Below the pieces are notes generated by a model. That model was not told where the DNA came from and did not search any database. It saw only the letters and a list, made by a program, of their open reading frames with translations. 64,000 nt of DNA from positions 23,312,001 through 23,376,000 of the forward strand of contig CM075982.1 of assembly GCA_038087875.1 (NCBI GenBank), written 5' to 3'. Of the stretch, positions 39,196-51,005 are shown piece after piece (the stretch's first letter is position 1; each line of letters opens with the position of its first letter). The stretch comes from Malacoraja senta (Eukaryota). The position numbers and the translations under genes are program-made.

Positions 39196-42092
39196 GACAA
39201 TAGACAATAAGTGCAGGAGTAGGCCATTCGGCCCTTCGAGCCAGCACCGCCATTCAATGTGATCATGGCTGATCATCTCCAATCAGTACCCCGTTCCTGC
39301 CTTCTCCCCATATCCCCTATCTTTAAGAGCCCTATCTAGCTCTCTCTTGAAAGTATCCAGAGAACCGGCCTCCACCGCCCTCTGAGGCAGAGAATTCCAC
39401 CGACTCACAACTCTCTGTGAGAAAAAGTGTTTCCTCGTCTCCGTTCTAAATGGCTTACCCCTTATTCTTAAACTGTGGCCCCTGGTTCTGGACTCCCCCA
39501 ACATCGGGAACATGTTTCCTGCCTCTAGTGTGTCCAAACCCTTAACAATCTAATATGTTTCAATAAGATTCCCTCTCATCCTTCTAAACTCCACAGTGTA
39601 CAAGCCCAGCCGCTCCATTCTCTCAGCATATGAGAGTCCCGCCATCCCGGGAATTAACCTTGTAAACCTACGCTGCACTCCCTCAATAGCAAGAATGTCC
39701 TTCCTCAAATTAGGGGACCAAAACTGCACACAATGGTGTGGTCTCACTAGGGCCCTGTACAACTGCAGAAGGACCTATTTGCTCCTATACTCAACTCCTC
39801 TTGTTATAAAGGCCAACATGCCATTCGCTTTCTTCACGGCCTGCTGTACCTGCATGCTTACTTTCATAGACTGATGAACAAGGACCCCCAGATCCATTGT
39901 ACTTCCCCTTTTCCCAACTTGACGCCATTTAGATAGTAATCTGCCTTCCAGTTTTTGATATCAAAGTGGATAACCTCACATTTATCCATATTAAACTTCA
40001 TCTGCCATGCATCTGCCCACTCCCCCAACCTGTCCAAGTCACCCTGCATTCTCATAGCATCCTCCTCACAGTTCACACTGCCACCCAGCTTTGTGTCATC
40101 TGCAAATTTGCTAATGTTACTTTGAATCCCTTCATCCAAATCATTGATGTACATTGTAAATAGCTGCAGTCCCAGCACCGAGCCTTGCGATACCCCACTA
40201 GTCACTGCCTGCCATTCTGAAAGGGACCCGTTAATCCCTACTCTTTGTTTCCTGTCTGCCAACCAATTTTCTATCCATGTCGGCACTCTACCCCCAATAC
40301 CATGTGCCCTAATTTTGCACACTAATCACCTCTGTGGGACCTTATCAAATGCTTTCTGAAAATCTAGGTACACTACTTCCTCTTTTATAATTGACTCCAG
40401 CATCTTCCCCACCACCGATGTCAGGCTAACTGGTGTATAATTCCGTTTTCTCTCTCCCGCCTTTCTTAAAAAGTGGGATAACATTAGCTATCCTCCAATC
40501 CACAGGAACAGATCCTGAGTCTATAGAACATTGGAAAATTATCACCAATGCATCCACGATTTCTAGAGCCACTTCCTTAAGTACCTGGGATGCAGACCAT
40601 CAGGCCCTGGGGATTTATCAGCCTTCAGTCCCATCAGTCTACCCAACACCATTTCCTGCCTAATGTGGATTTCCTTCAGTTCCTCCGTCACCCCAGGTCC
40701 CCTGGCCACTACTATATCAGGAAGATTGTTTGTGTCCTCCTTAGTGAAGACGGATCCAGAGTAACTGTTCAACTCATCTGCCATCTCCTTGTTCCCCACA
40801 ATAAATTCACCTTTTTCGGTCTTCAAGGGTCCAACTTTGGTCTTAACTATTTTTTCCTCTTCACATACCTAAAGAAACTTTTACTATCCACCTTTATATT
40901 CTTGGCTAGCTTACCTTCATACCTCATCTTTTCTCCCCATATTGTCTTGTTTATTTTGTTATTTTTTAGTTTGTTAAAAGTTTTGTTTTAATGTTCTTCG
41001 GTTTGTTTTATGTGGGGGGAGGGGGGAGGGGGGAGGGGATTGGGGGAAACTTTTTTTCAGGTTCTTACCTTCGTGGAGATGTGATCAATTTTCGGATCAC
41101 ATTCGGCTTTGCGGCCCACCATCGATGGAGCTGGAAGCCTCCTTGGACTGACTTTGAGCCTTATCGCGGGGCGCGGACTTAACATCGGAGCTGATCCCTT
41201 GCCTGGGATCGCGACCACCGCGGAATCAACGTCAAAGGCTCGCAGTCTCGGGTGAGGCTAGTCGGGAGCTCCAACGTCATGGAACATTCACCAGCCCTGA
41301 CGCGAGGTTTGATCGTCCAGCGCGGGGGAGCTGACATCCCCCCGATGCAGGAGCAGATCGTCTCGACGCGGAGGGCCCGAACGCCGCCGGCTATGGGAAT
41401 TAAGATCATCCCGTCAATGGGGGCTCGAGGCCCACGACCGAGGAAGAACTAAGGGGAAGGACTTGAACTTTATTTCGCCTTCCATCACAGTGAGGAATGT
41501 GTAAGAGTCACTGTGGTGGATGTTCATGTTAAAATGTGTTTTTGAAGTGATCTGTTACTTTTTATTGTATGACTGACCTGGCTAATGAAATTCCCCGTAT
41601 GTTGCAAAACATACTTGGCGAATAAAGTGTGATTCTGATTCTGATCTGATTCTGTTGCTCTTTAAAAATTACCCATCCTCTTGCTTCCCGCTCATCTTTG
41701 CTGCGTTGTACTTCTCTTTCCACGATCGCCCCTTACTCCCCTTGGAATCTTTCTTCCTCCTAGGAATGAACTGATCCTGCACCTTCTGTATTATTCCTAG
41801 AAATACCTGCCATTGTTGTTCCACTGTCATCCCTGCTAGGGTATCTTTCCAGTCAACTTTGGCCAGCTCCTCCCTCATGGCCCCATAGTCCCCTTTATTC
41901 AACTGTATCACTGACACCTCCGATCTACCCTTCTGCCTCTCCAATTGTAGATTAAACCTGACCATATTATGGTCACTACCTCCTAATGGCTCATTAATCT
42001 CAAGTTCCTGTATCAAATCCGGTTCATTACATTACACTAAATCCAGAATTGCCTTCTCCCTGGTAGGCTCCAATACAAGCTGCTCTAAGAAT
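39196..42092 (-). mobile_element. Young 5'-truncated CR1 LINE (end of APE domain, RT, 3' UTR), interrupted at about 40950-41654
   Basis: ORFs 41669..42016 (EPLGGSDHNMVRF), 40563..40826 (KSPGPDGLHPR), 39864..40322 (VSQGSVLG, YINDLD, KFADDTKLGG), 39550..39762 and 39283..39537. (GACAATA)n tail at 39196. Confidence 0.95.
40950..41654 (+). mobile_element. Unclassified GC-rich non-autonomous retroposon (copy B), related to copy A
   Basis: T-rich block, G-run, gaaac, ggagctgg..gcctcc and a CpG-rich body. Same hairpin as copy A at 41481-41520, stem-loop at 41597-41614, AATAAA at 41621-41626, (GATTCT)n tail. Confidence 0.75.
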
Positions 42093-43799
42093 TTAATTGC
42101 AGCAAATACCAAAGCAGGGTCGGTCCACCCATGACACATTTTCAGCACTTTCTTCGTCATCGTGACTGTATTAACATTTTCCTGACATGGGTCATTGAAC
42201 CATATTTATATATTTTCTGGACTCAATTTACATTTTTACCATTTGTTGATTGATTTGGCCAGAGGCAAGTTTCTATACATGAATCATAATATTCCTTTTA
42301 ACCTTTTCGCATGTTGTAAAGAATCCATAGATTTTTTTTCTGACTGATTTGAAAACAAGCTGGCAACTAAGTCTTAAAAGCTATTTCAGGTCATGATTTA
42401 AACTATCATCATGTAAGTTTATGTTGAATGTATATTTTTTACATTACAGTGTTTAACTCAGCAAGACCAAGATCAAATGGCTTTCATTATTTGAGTTTTC
42501 TTCATTTATAGTTTGAATTCCCAAAAAATTCTTGCTCATGTATTTGCTTATTGATTGAATTATAAGACTGCGCTTGCTGGTTCACCATTTTGTCACAATC
42601 TCCTCTCATGGTTCTAAATCATCCCTGAAACATCTCTCCTACAACTCCAAAGATTCCATAATTTCTCCAGTTGTCCTCAAGCAGTTGATCTCCTTTGCCC
42701 TCGTGCTCTGAATCTAAATACAGTTCCCTCCACACTGCTGCAGCATTCAAAAAGCTTGCATTTTTCTGAGCTAATCTCAGCGTCCAATTGAACTAAAATT
42801 GTTTAATGAATAGTCGATTCTGCGAGTGAATGCCGACAATATTCCAGATGTGATCCCACTGGTGCCAAACAGTTTTGTGCCTACATATCCTTCCCTTAAA
42901 CCATTTACAAAAATTCAGCATCAATGCTAATTATGAACATATTGGGATCATTTAAAGTAATATGGAGTGCAGAAATATCTTTAAACACTACTTTTCAAGT
43001 GCAGTTACATCAATGATTGAGACTTCAGGCTGCTCAGACACCTCTTATTAGTCAGAGTAATCTGCAATTAGTGAGTTAAGCAGCTGGACCCACAGTGTCT
43101 TGATCCCCTCGAGCAGTCCCTCAAAGCCATTGGCCACACAGGTGTAATTACATCTGTTTGATTCACCTGGGACCGACTGTCTTTGCATCTGCTGAAGACA
43201 CACTCCATGTTTGTTGCCTCCAGGCCTCCAGCCATTAGTACCAAAGCATTTGTTCTATACCCAGTGCATCATATATAACATTGAGCCAGATGGTCATTGT
43301 CCATGACTGCAATTATTTCGTGCTGTGATATATTGATGGAGGGGAGTGACAGGCTAAACTATATGTATTCAGAATGTATGCAACAAGGCTGATTTTTTTA
43401 CACATGAAACAGGTGAAGGAAATAGAATAGGTTCAATTTCTTGCATCAGTCTTTGTCATTCATACTATAAACATCATCTAAATTTTAATTTACCATCTCA
43501 TCATCACAGTTCAGGGCTGATGTAAAAAAATTCACACTGACTAGGTTCAATCATGCGGCTCCTTTCTCATATAATCAATGGCTGAATGTCCTTTTTGATA
43601 TAAAATTGTCTCACTGGTGCCAAACACACTTTTGTGTATGCATTTCTTTTCCTGAAACCAATAAAAGTCACATCTACTTTACATTCGTCAGAGACTGGCT
43701 GACAACTAAAATTCTTACCCATGTACTGCTACATATTGCCGTTTATTATCTAGCCCCATGCTAATTCATTTAAACAGAGACACAAGGAGCCGCTGAGGT

Positions 43800-44930
43800 T
43801 TATTATTATTATTATTATTAAATTGTTGAAAACATTAGCGATGCAGTGGTGCTGGTTTCTGACGGGCACGGTGACGGACGCGCCACACATCTCTGTCCTC
43901 CATGCAGCTGGCAAGCTCCTCTTTTGTCTCTACACATGCGTCTTCCATCAACGTCTTCAGCATCGCCTTGATTGGCCGTCCCGGGACACGTCTTCCATGG
44001 GTGGGTTCCCACAGCACGACCTTGTTTGCTGGCATTTCTGGCTGGCGGTGGCAGTGACCAGCGAGCCTCATCCATCTCGACCTGATCTTCTCGGTCAGCG
44101 GTTGAATCTCCCCATAGAGCTGGGCGTTGGTAATGTGGTCCCTCCAACTGGACATTTTGAACTTTTCTGAGCATTCGGGTGTAGGTACCATCGAGAGACT
44201 TGGACAGTGCTCGAGTGAGAGTCCATGCCTCACACCCGTACAATAATATGGTCTCTGCAGTTGCATGGAAGAATCTCAGTTTGAGACCCTAAAGGCTCTG
44301 TCCCACGGGTTTGTGGTCGTTGGCGGGGAAGCGTGGCGTCGCCGGAAGAGGGGACCGCACGGCAACCACGAGAGCGCCGCACGGATGCTGCGCGGGGGGC
44401 CAAGTACGGCCGGTTCCACGAGCTTGCGGTTTCGGCTGATGACGTCTTTCGGATCGCGGGGCTGTGGTGGCGGCCGTGCCGCACACGTACCTCACTGGTG
44501 GCGGCTGTGGCAGCGGCCGTGCCTCACTGGTGGCGGCTGTGGCGGCGGCCGTGCACCACTGGCGGCGGCTGTGGCGGCGGCCGTGCCGCACACGTGCCTC
44601 ACTGGCGGAGGCTGTGGCGGTGCAGGTTCGCCTCACGGCGCTCGTGCCTCACTGGCGGCGGCTGTGGCGGTGACCGTGCCGCACTTGTGCCTCACTGGCG
44701 GCGGCTGTGCGGTAGGAACATATTTTTGGACAGTGTTGGGTTTTTTTTAGCACCGTGCGGTGTTGGGAACAACGGCGCACGGCCCCGGCACTGTGCGTTT
44801 GACCGAGTCCGCGGTCTCTGGCGGCCCAGGAGCGGTAGATAGTTCCTGTTTCGCCGCCAATGACCGCAGACTCGTGAGACAGGCCTTTTAGACATCCGAG
44901 ACATCCAGATTTTCCCCATGTAATTGAGGG
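43800..44930 (-). mobile_element. RTE-type LINE 3' fragment with (TAA)n tail, interrupted by a MITE
   Basis: The reconstructed frame reads ALNYMGKIWMSRMS|KGLKLRFFHATAETILLYGCEAWTLTRALSKSLDGTYTRMLRKVQNV/SWRDHITNAQLYG...RLAGHCHRQPEMPANKVVLWEPTHGRRVPGRP...DRDVWR. (TTA)n at 43800-43820. Confidence 0.9.
44293..44887. mobile_element. GC-rich PIF/Harbinger-like MITE with about 40-bp imperfect TIRs and internal tandem repeats
   Basis: Left end TAA|AGGCTCTGTCCCACGGGTTTGTGGTCGTTGGCGG; right end CCGCCAATGACCGCAGACTCGTGAGACAGGCCTT|TTA. Internal gtgcctcactggcggcggctgtggcgg repeats at about 44455-44710. Confidence 0.8.
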
Positions 44931-45329
44931 CCGAGGTGGGTTCGCAAAAACCCCAAAAAGGAGTAACTCTGGAGGACATGGATAGGCGACGTTTCGTTAT
45001 GCACCCTTCTTCAGTTTGAAGAAGGATTCTGGCTTGAAGTGATGCCTATGCATGCCCTCCAGACATGCTGCCTAACCATGCGAGTTACTCCAGCACTTTG
45101 TGAGTTCCATTTAAATAATCATCTTCATGCCTATGGACCATTTCTTCTTGAAATGTTAATAGATCAATGGAGGAAAAATTCAACTTTGGCAGGGCACAAA
45201 GTGGGTGAAAGTAATTCAGCCACTCTCTCAGGATGTATTATGTCTCCAGTATCTCATATTTACTTATAAGGTTTTTATTTTTTCCAAACTCATTCAAAAA
45301 ATTAATAAACATATGGCCTCTTGATTTAC

Positions 45330-45596
45330 AAGAGGGGCAAAGTTTTAAGGAGATGTGTGGGACACGTTTTTTTTACAGAGTGCTGGGTGCCTGTAATATG
45401 TTAAGAGGTGATGCTAGAAACAATCGTAGCATTTAAGAGGCTTTTAGATAGGCACGTGGATATACTGGGAACGGAGGGATATTGGTCAGCTGCAGGCAGA
45501 GGAGATTAGTTTAGCTTAGCATCATGTTGAGCAAGGATATTGTGAGCTGAACAGCCTATTCCTGCAAGGTACTGTTCTATGTGCTATTCTATGTTC
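45330..45596 (+). mobile_element. CR1 LINE 3' fragment (similar copies 57950-58235 plus, 61900-62065 minus; very decayed CR1 at 15020-15400, 24530-24900 and 48830-49560)
   Basis: aagttt(t)aaggagatgtg...ttttttacagag..gtgcctg...tttagataggcac..ggata motifs and a tgttctatg tail. Confidence 0.75.
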
Positions 45597-46614
45597 CAAA
45601 AAGCTTGATTGAGCAAAATAACACTTTTATTTCCTGAAACGGGATATCAGACTTGTCTTTTAAGGTGTCATTTTGAATAAGCAAGACATATGCACAAGAA
45701 TGTTTAAAGCTACTGAGAAAAATAGGTACACAAGTCCTTGAGAGTGTTTAAAATAGTCATTTAATTATGGCCTGATATTTATCTTGCCTCCATATACCCG
45801 TCATCACCCTGAATATCCTTGCAAAACAAAAATTAACAATCTCAGTTCTGACATTTTCAGCTGAGATCGAGCTTAAACTGTTACTCGGAGAAGCGTGTTC
45901 TGGATTTCAAGTACCTTTTTGCGAATCATTTCTTAGTAACACCGTCCGAATGGACAGCCTGGCAGTAATTTCAAGAATATGTGCTCTTGATTTGGATTCT
46001 CTCACCAGCAGAAACAGCTCCTGTACATGCAGTCTGAAGAAAGATGCAGATGTGAAGAGTCGCATGTCAACTTCCCTTCACAGATGCTGCCTGACCCTCT
46101 AAGATCTTCCAGCAGATTGTTTTTTTACACATCCTTTAAAAAATCCCTTCCTTTTTTTTGAGAAATGGCCAAAATGCTAAGGATTGATGCATATCTTCTC
46201 AGATGTTTTCAGTTCCACTCTGCTCTCAATGTCCTACCGTTCTCATTTCTTATTTTTAAATTACTTTTAGGTTTAGCTTCTATCGCTGTGATCTTGACCA
46301 CCCCAGGCATCCTCTCAAATCTCTGTCCTCTTCCTATCCTGGAAACTCACACATTTCTGATTTACATCATTCTGCATCACTGGTTTACACACTTTCAGCT
46401 GTTTGATCCGATATTCTGGCTTTCCTTTAAGATGCTCCTTTAATCAATCTACTGAGCTAGTTATTATGTCACAGAATAGGTTAATTCCACTTACAGAGTC
46501 AAACAGCTTGGAAGCAGGCCCTTCGGTCCACTTAGTCCATGCTGGCCATCGACTACCCATTTACAATAAATCCATTTAAATCTCATCAACTCATACCTAC
46601 CCGTTGATCATGAG

Positions 46615-46977
46615 TTCACGGATGAATACCAGGCCACCATCTTCCATATCATCTCCAATCTCATCACCTTCAGCGATCTCCCCTTCTCAGCCTTGAACCT
46701 AATAGTTCCCCAACCATGTAGTGCCTTTTTCTATCTCTTTCCAAAAATCCACAAGTAGGACTATCTTGGCAGATCCATTGTTTCTCTCCACACTTGCCCC
46801 ACCAAATTTCTCAATTCTATCATGTCTTCCTTTGTCCAGTTCTTTCTGACCTATATCAAGACACCTCACAAGGTTTTCAACAAGAAATCATTGAAAAAGG
46901 CTCCTAACCTGAAATGTTGTATATCCAGTTCCCTCACAAATGCCTGACCCACTAAGATTGCAATATCTGCAGTTCCT
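46615..46977 (+). mobile_element. Penelope-like element RT N-terminal fragment fused to a terminal repeat
   Basis: Translates DEYQATIFHIISNLITFSDLPFSALNLIVPQPCSAFFYLFPKIHK*DYLGRSIVS..CPT; the FYxLPKIHK...RPIVS signature is characteristic of Penelope RT. Confidence 0.8.
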
Positions 46978-47240
46978 GATCGGCAACTGAATCATCCTAT
47001 GGCAACTGCACCATTCTACTACAACCAGAGAGCAGTGCTGAACTACTATCTATTTCTTTGATGATCCTCGGGCTATCCTTGATTGGACTTTGCTGGCTTT
47101 ATCTTGCACTAAACGTTATTCCCTTATCATGTATCTATACACCGTAAATGCATTGATTGTCTTTCTGCGGACTGGTTAGCACACAACAAAAGATTTTCAC
47201 CATACCTCGGTACACGTGACAATAAACTAAACTGATAAAC
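46978..47240 (+). mobile_element. Rex1/Babar-type 3' UTR fragment (similar tails at about 8352-8413 and 51185-51355)
   Basis: Ends ttttcaccatacctcggtacacgtgacaataaactaaactga, the same tail as the minus-strand copy at 7265. Confidence 0.7.
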
Positions 47241-48218
47241 TCCTTGCGTCTCCTCTTTTCATATTGCATTAGGCACAATGAGGTAAGAACCCGCTGCTTA
47301 GTTATGAACGGGGACAGTTCAACATCAGTGAAGCTGGTGTTTGGGAGGCAGGGAACTGGCTAATTTTTTGGATCAGCTGATTTGCAGGAAGCGATCTGTC
47401 TTCTAGAAAGGAAACTGTGGAATCAATAGCCAGGATAAACGCTCGGTACAGTTTGGAATTAGCCACAGTTGTATGCACAACTCGTGATGAGCTGATAATA
47501 AATAATATTATGCAAGATACTTTATCGAGACTGTAAATGTTCATTGGTAGAGTATCATCAAAGTTGAGATCAGCAGAATTTTGGAAAGATAGTGGTATGA
47601 AGGGAAACTGGGATCAGTCTGACAATTAGAGGTAAACAAAAATCAGCTACAACCTTGTCAAATGGTAGTGGTCAAAGATCATGGGGCCGTGCTCTTTTCT
47701 CTTACGTTCTTACTGTTTGTTTAAAAAAGCAGTTAAATACATCCTGTTATTTCTTGGACGAAGAGTGTAATGTTGAACTCCCTTGATTCTCCATCTTTTG
47801 TGGCTGTGCATGTATATATTTTTTAAATAAAAGAAACTGCACACTTGCCTAGTTATATTTAAGTAAAGTGCTTGCAATTAGCATCCCACAGGCAGCTCTG
47901 AGATGGTGCTGAGAACAAGAATTCAACCCTTTGTTGCAATTATTTGTTGAACGTAATCTGGATAATGTAATATTATGATAGATTTCTGTACTTCACAGGA
48001 AGAAAACAAGTTATTTATGGAGACTTCTTAATGTTCTGGTCTTGGCGTCCGTATGTGATGTGTGAGAGAGAGAGTAAGAGAGTGGGAGTGAGTAAGTGTG
48101 TCTTAATCTAGATTTCCATTTGTGGCTTTTTATCCTCCCTTTAACATAACTAAAATCTTAAATTGCAATAATTGCCACATTTCAAAAGCAGCTCTGGCTA
48201 CAATACACTTTTGGACAA

Positions 48219-48444
48219 AAATGCTGGAGAAACTCAGCGGGTGCAGCAGCATCTATGGAGCGAAGGAAACAGGCAACGTTTCGGGCCGAAACCCTTCTTC
48301 AGACTCCGTCTTCTTCGTCTGAAGAAGGGTTTCGGCCCGAAACGTTGCCTGTTTCCTTCGCTCCATAGATGCTGCTGCACCCGCTGAGTATCTCCAGCAT
48401 TTTTGTGTACCTTCGATTTTCCAGCATCTGCAGTTCCTTCTTTA
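48219..48444. mobile_element. Young palindromic Penelope-terminal-repeat insert: 90-bp arms, 12-nt spacer, 14-bp TSD
   Basis: Arms 48215-48304 and 48317-48406 are reverse complements with one mismatch (48390). TSD ACACTTTTGGACAA at 48205-48218 and 48445-48458 (partly overlapping the left arm). Confidence 0.92.
48317..48349 (+). ncRNA. Minimal type I hammerhead ribozyme motif (mirror copy on minus at 48272-48304)
   Basis: CTGAAGA (48319-48325), A, stem II GGGT-TTCG-GCCC, GAAA (48339-48342), CG, TT. ACGT stands as a palindrome in place of stem III, as described for Penelope-associated minimal hammerheads. Stem I is weak. Confidence 0.6.
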
Positions 48445-50801
48445 ACACTTTTGGACAATCTGAGGTTTTGAAAACTGATATATAAATGCCAGTGTGTTTC
48501 ACTTTTATTTGCAGTAAGACAAAAATAGGAGAAGTGGTCTGCTTATGAGTATCAAGAAAATTAAAGACTGTATGAAATGAAAGGTAAAGACTTCAAATGT
48601 AACCACAGTATTCAGTATCTAAAAAAAAGCTATTTTACAAAAAAAAGTCGTAAAGAAAATTGTTTCTATATAACCTTGTCACCACTGGATCATTAGAACA
48701 CTATCTGCCAGTTAAACAGAAGGTGGCCACTGAAATTGACAAGCAATCGCCTCTGTTGATGCATGTGCAATGATTCTATTAAACAATCTAATGCAGCCTT
48801 TAGTATTTTTAGCTAAACTTAACGCTATTAAAAAGGCCCATCCTTTTGTAAATCATGCGGAAAACGAATAGATCTGATGAGTTACATTGCAGCTGTTTAA
48901 AGGAGGAGGGTTAGGGGTTGTGGTTGACATTTATTAAAATTCCATAGATTATAGAAGATTCCATGAATTGGATTGGAAAGTAGCAAATGTACGAATTTAA
49001 GAAAACAGAAAGAGAGAAAATTGTGATAAAACTTATCTTGAATAATTGCTACTTAAGAAAGGATGTACCAACAATAGAAAAGGTACAATGAAGGTTCACC
49101 TGATTAATTCCCGAATTCAGAATTGTCATTACGAGGAGAGATTAAGCAGACTGGCTCATATTCCCTTCAGAAGAAATGAGGGTTGTTCTCAGTGATACAC
49201 TCAAAATTCTTGTGTGGCTTGACAGGGAAGCTGAAGTGATGACTTTTCCCTGGCTGCAGTGTCCAGGAGCAGAAGTTTATCTAAAATAAAAGGTAATCTC
49301 TACTCAGGACAGAAATGGAAGAAAATGTTGTCACCAGGAGGCATGTGAATGTTTGGAATTATATGCCAAAGAAGGCTATGCGGTTTTGGTCATTAAGTAT
49401 TTTCAAGAAAGATAATTTTTCAGATGTTATGGGACTCAAGGAATAAGGGATGAATTCAAGAAAGCGACGCTGAAGATAAAGGTCAACCACGACCTTATTG
49501 ATCGGCAAAGCAGACACGTGCCAAATGTCCTTCTCCTGATTTATTTTTTTATGCTCTAATGATTTTTGCTGTGGACATATTGCTGCTCGATTTCCTACAT
49601 TACAACATAAACTATATATCGAAGTATATTATTCACCTTGGTGACATAAGATTGTGAAAAGTGTGAGAAAATTAAAGACATTTTATTTGGTTTAAAAAAA
49701 ATAAAATCTCAGATATTTGCAGCATTAGACAAAAGATCAGCTAAAGCTTGAAAACCATATATCTTTCATCAGATGATAATTTATATTAACTGCTGAAGAT
49801 TTGAATAATGAACCACACCTCTCAACTGAACCCTCTTGCACATTGACACACATGTATAAACAAACTACAGAAGCAAATATAAATATGTGTGGCAATCCAT
49901 ACAAAGAGTTCAAGTTTCAAGGGATGTAGGCCCACAATCTAAAAATATATGTTACCCACGCTAGTGTACAAGATTACCATCACTAATACTCATTTCTCAG
50001 ATAGAAGTCATGGAATCATGTTTATCAGCTTAACACTTTATCAGGATGTACTTCTGATCAAGGGTCCATGCCCTAACACATGTTTTATTAAAATCAGATG
50101 CTGGACATCTACCATACAATCCTATTTTCATTATATTATCTAGCAAGCGTTAACAGAGGTAACAAAGAGAATTCACATGGACGCAGGCCTCTTTTAAAAT
50201 AAGAAAAATATAGTTGTTTTCAACTTCTAAACTCCATAATTTACTAAAACATGTTCCACCTCCCTGGCAGTTTATTTCATGCATCTTTAGTTTATTTCAC
50301 ATTCATTTAAACAGCCATGTTATGCAGTTAAATCTACTCTGTCCCAAAATCAAATTACTGCAGTTACTTTTAAGTATACTTAAATGATTATTTGTTCTGA
50401 GTTTATGGTTATTTAATTTAGGGCCTCCTTAGGATACCACCAGCTCGTATTCCATCTTTTTAAGTCAACAGGATAGTAACACCAAAGGGACAGGTACAGT
50501 TTGTAGGCAGGTCCAGTGGAGCTTATTGTGGTGGAAACTATATTTAAGGAGACATGGGACACAAAAGAATGCAACCACTGAACTCTAGGGCAAAAAGCAG
50601 ACTGCAGGAGGAACTCAGTGGGTCAGGCAGCATTTGTGGAGGGAAATGGACAGGCACTACTTCGAGTTGGGACTTTGACCTGCCATTTGCATGTGGATAT
50701 GCTGAGCTAGCATGAGTGATGTCCACACATATGTTTTGTGTTAATCTGTTTAGTTCCATGCATATTAACATCATACTGGAAACTCAAGTCAAAATCCATT
50801 A

Positions 50802-51005
<204 letters not shown>

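Noticed and set aside
39196-42092. Autonomous active LINE
   Set aside because: It is 5'-truncated, frameshifted, internally deleted and interrupted. No intact RT ORF exists anywhere in the window.
44230-44979. Stack of Ala/Gly/Arg-rich ORFs
   Set aside because: They lie in the GC-rich repeats of a MITE. Only the flanking RTE frame is meaningful.
47302-47544. 80-aa minus-strand ORF with a phase-2 AG (tttacag|T CTC) that would be in frame with BCAS3
   Set aside because: Poor polypyrimidine tract, no recognisable homology and no donor before the stop. It would need RNA-seq support to be called an alternative terminal exon.
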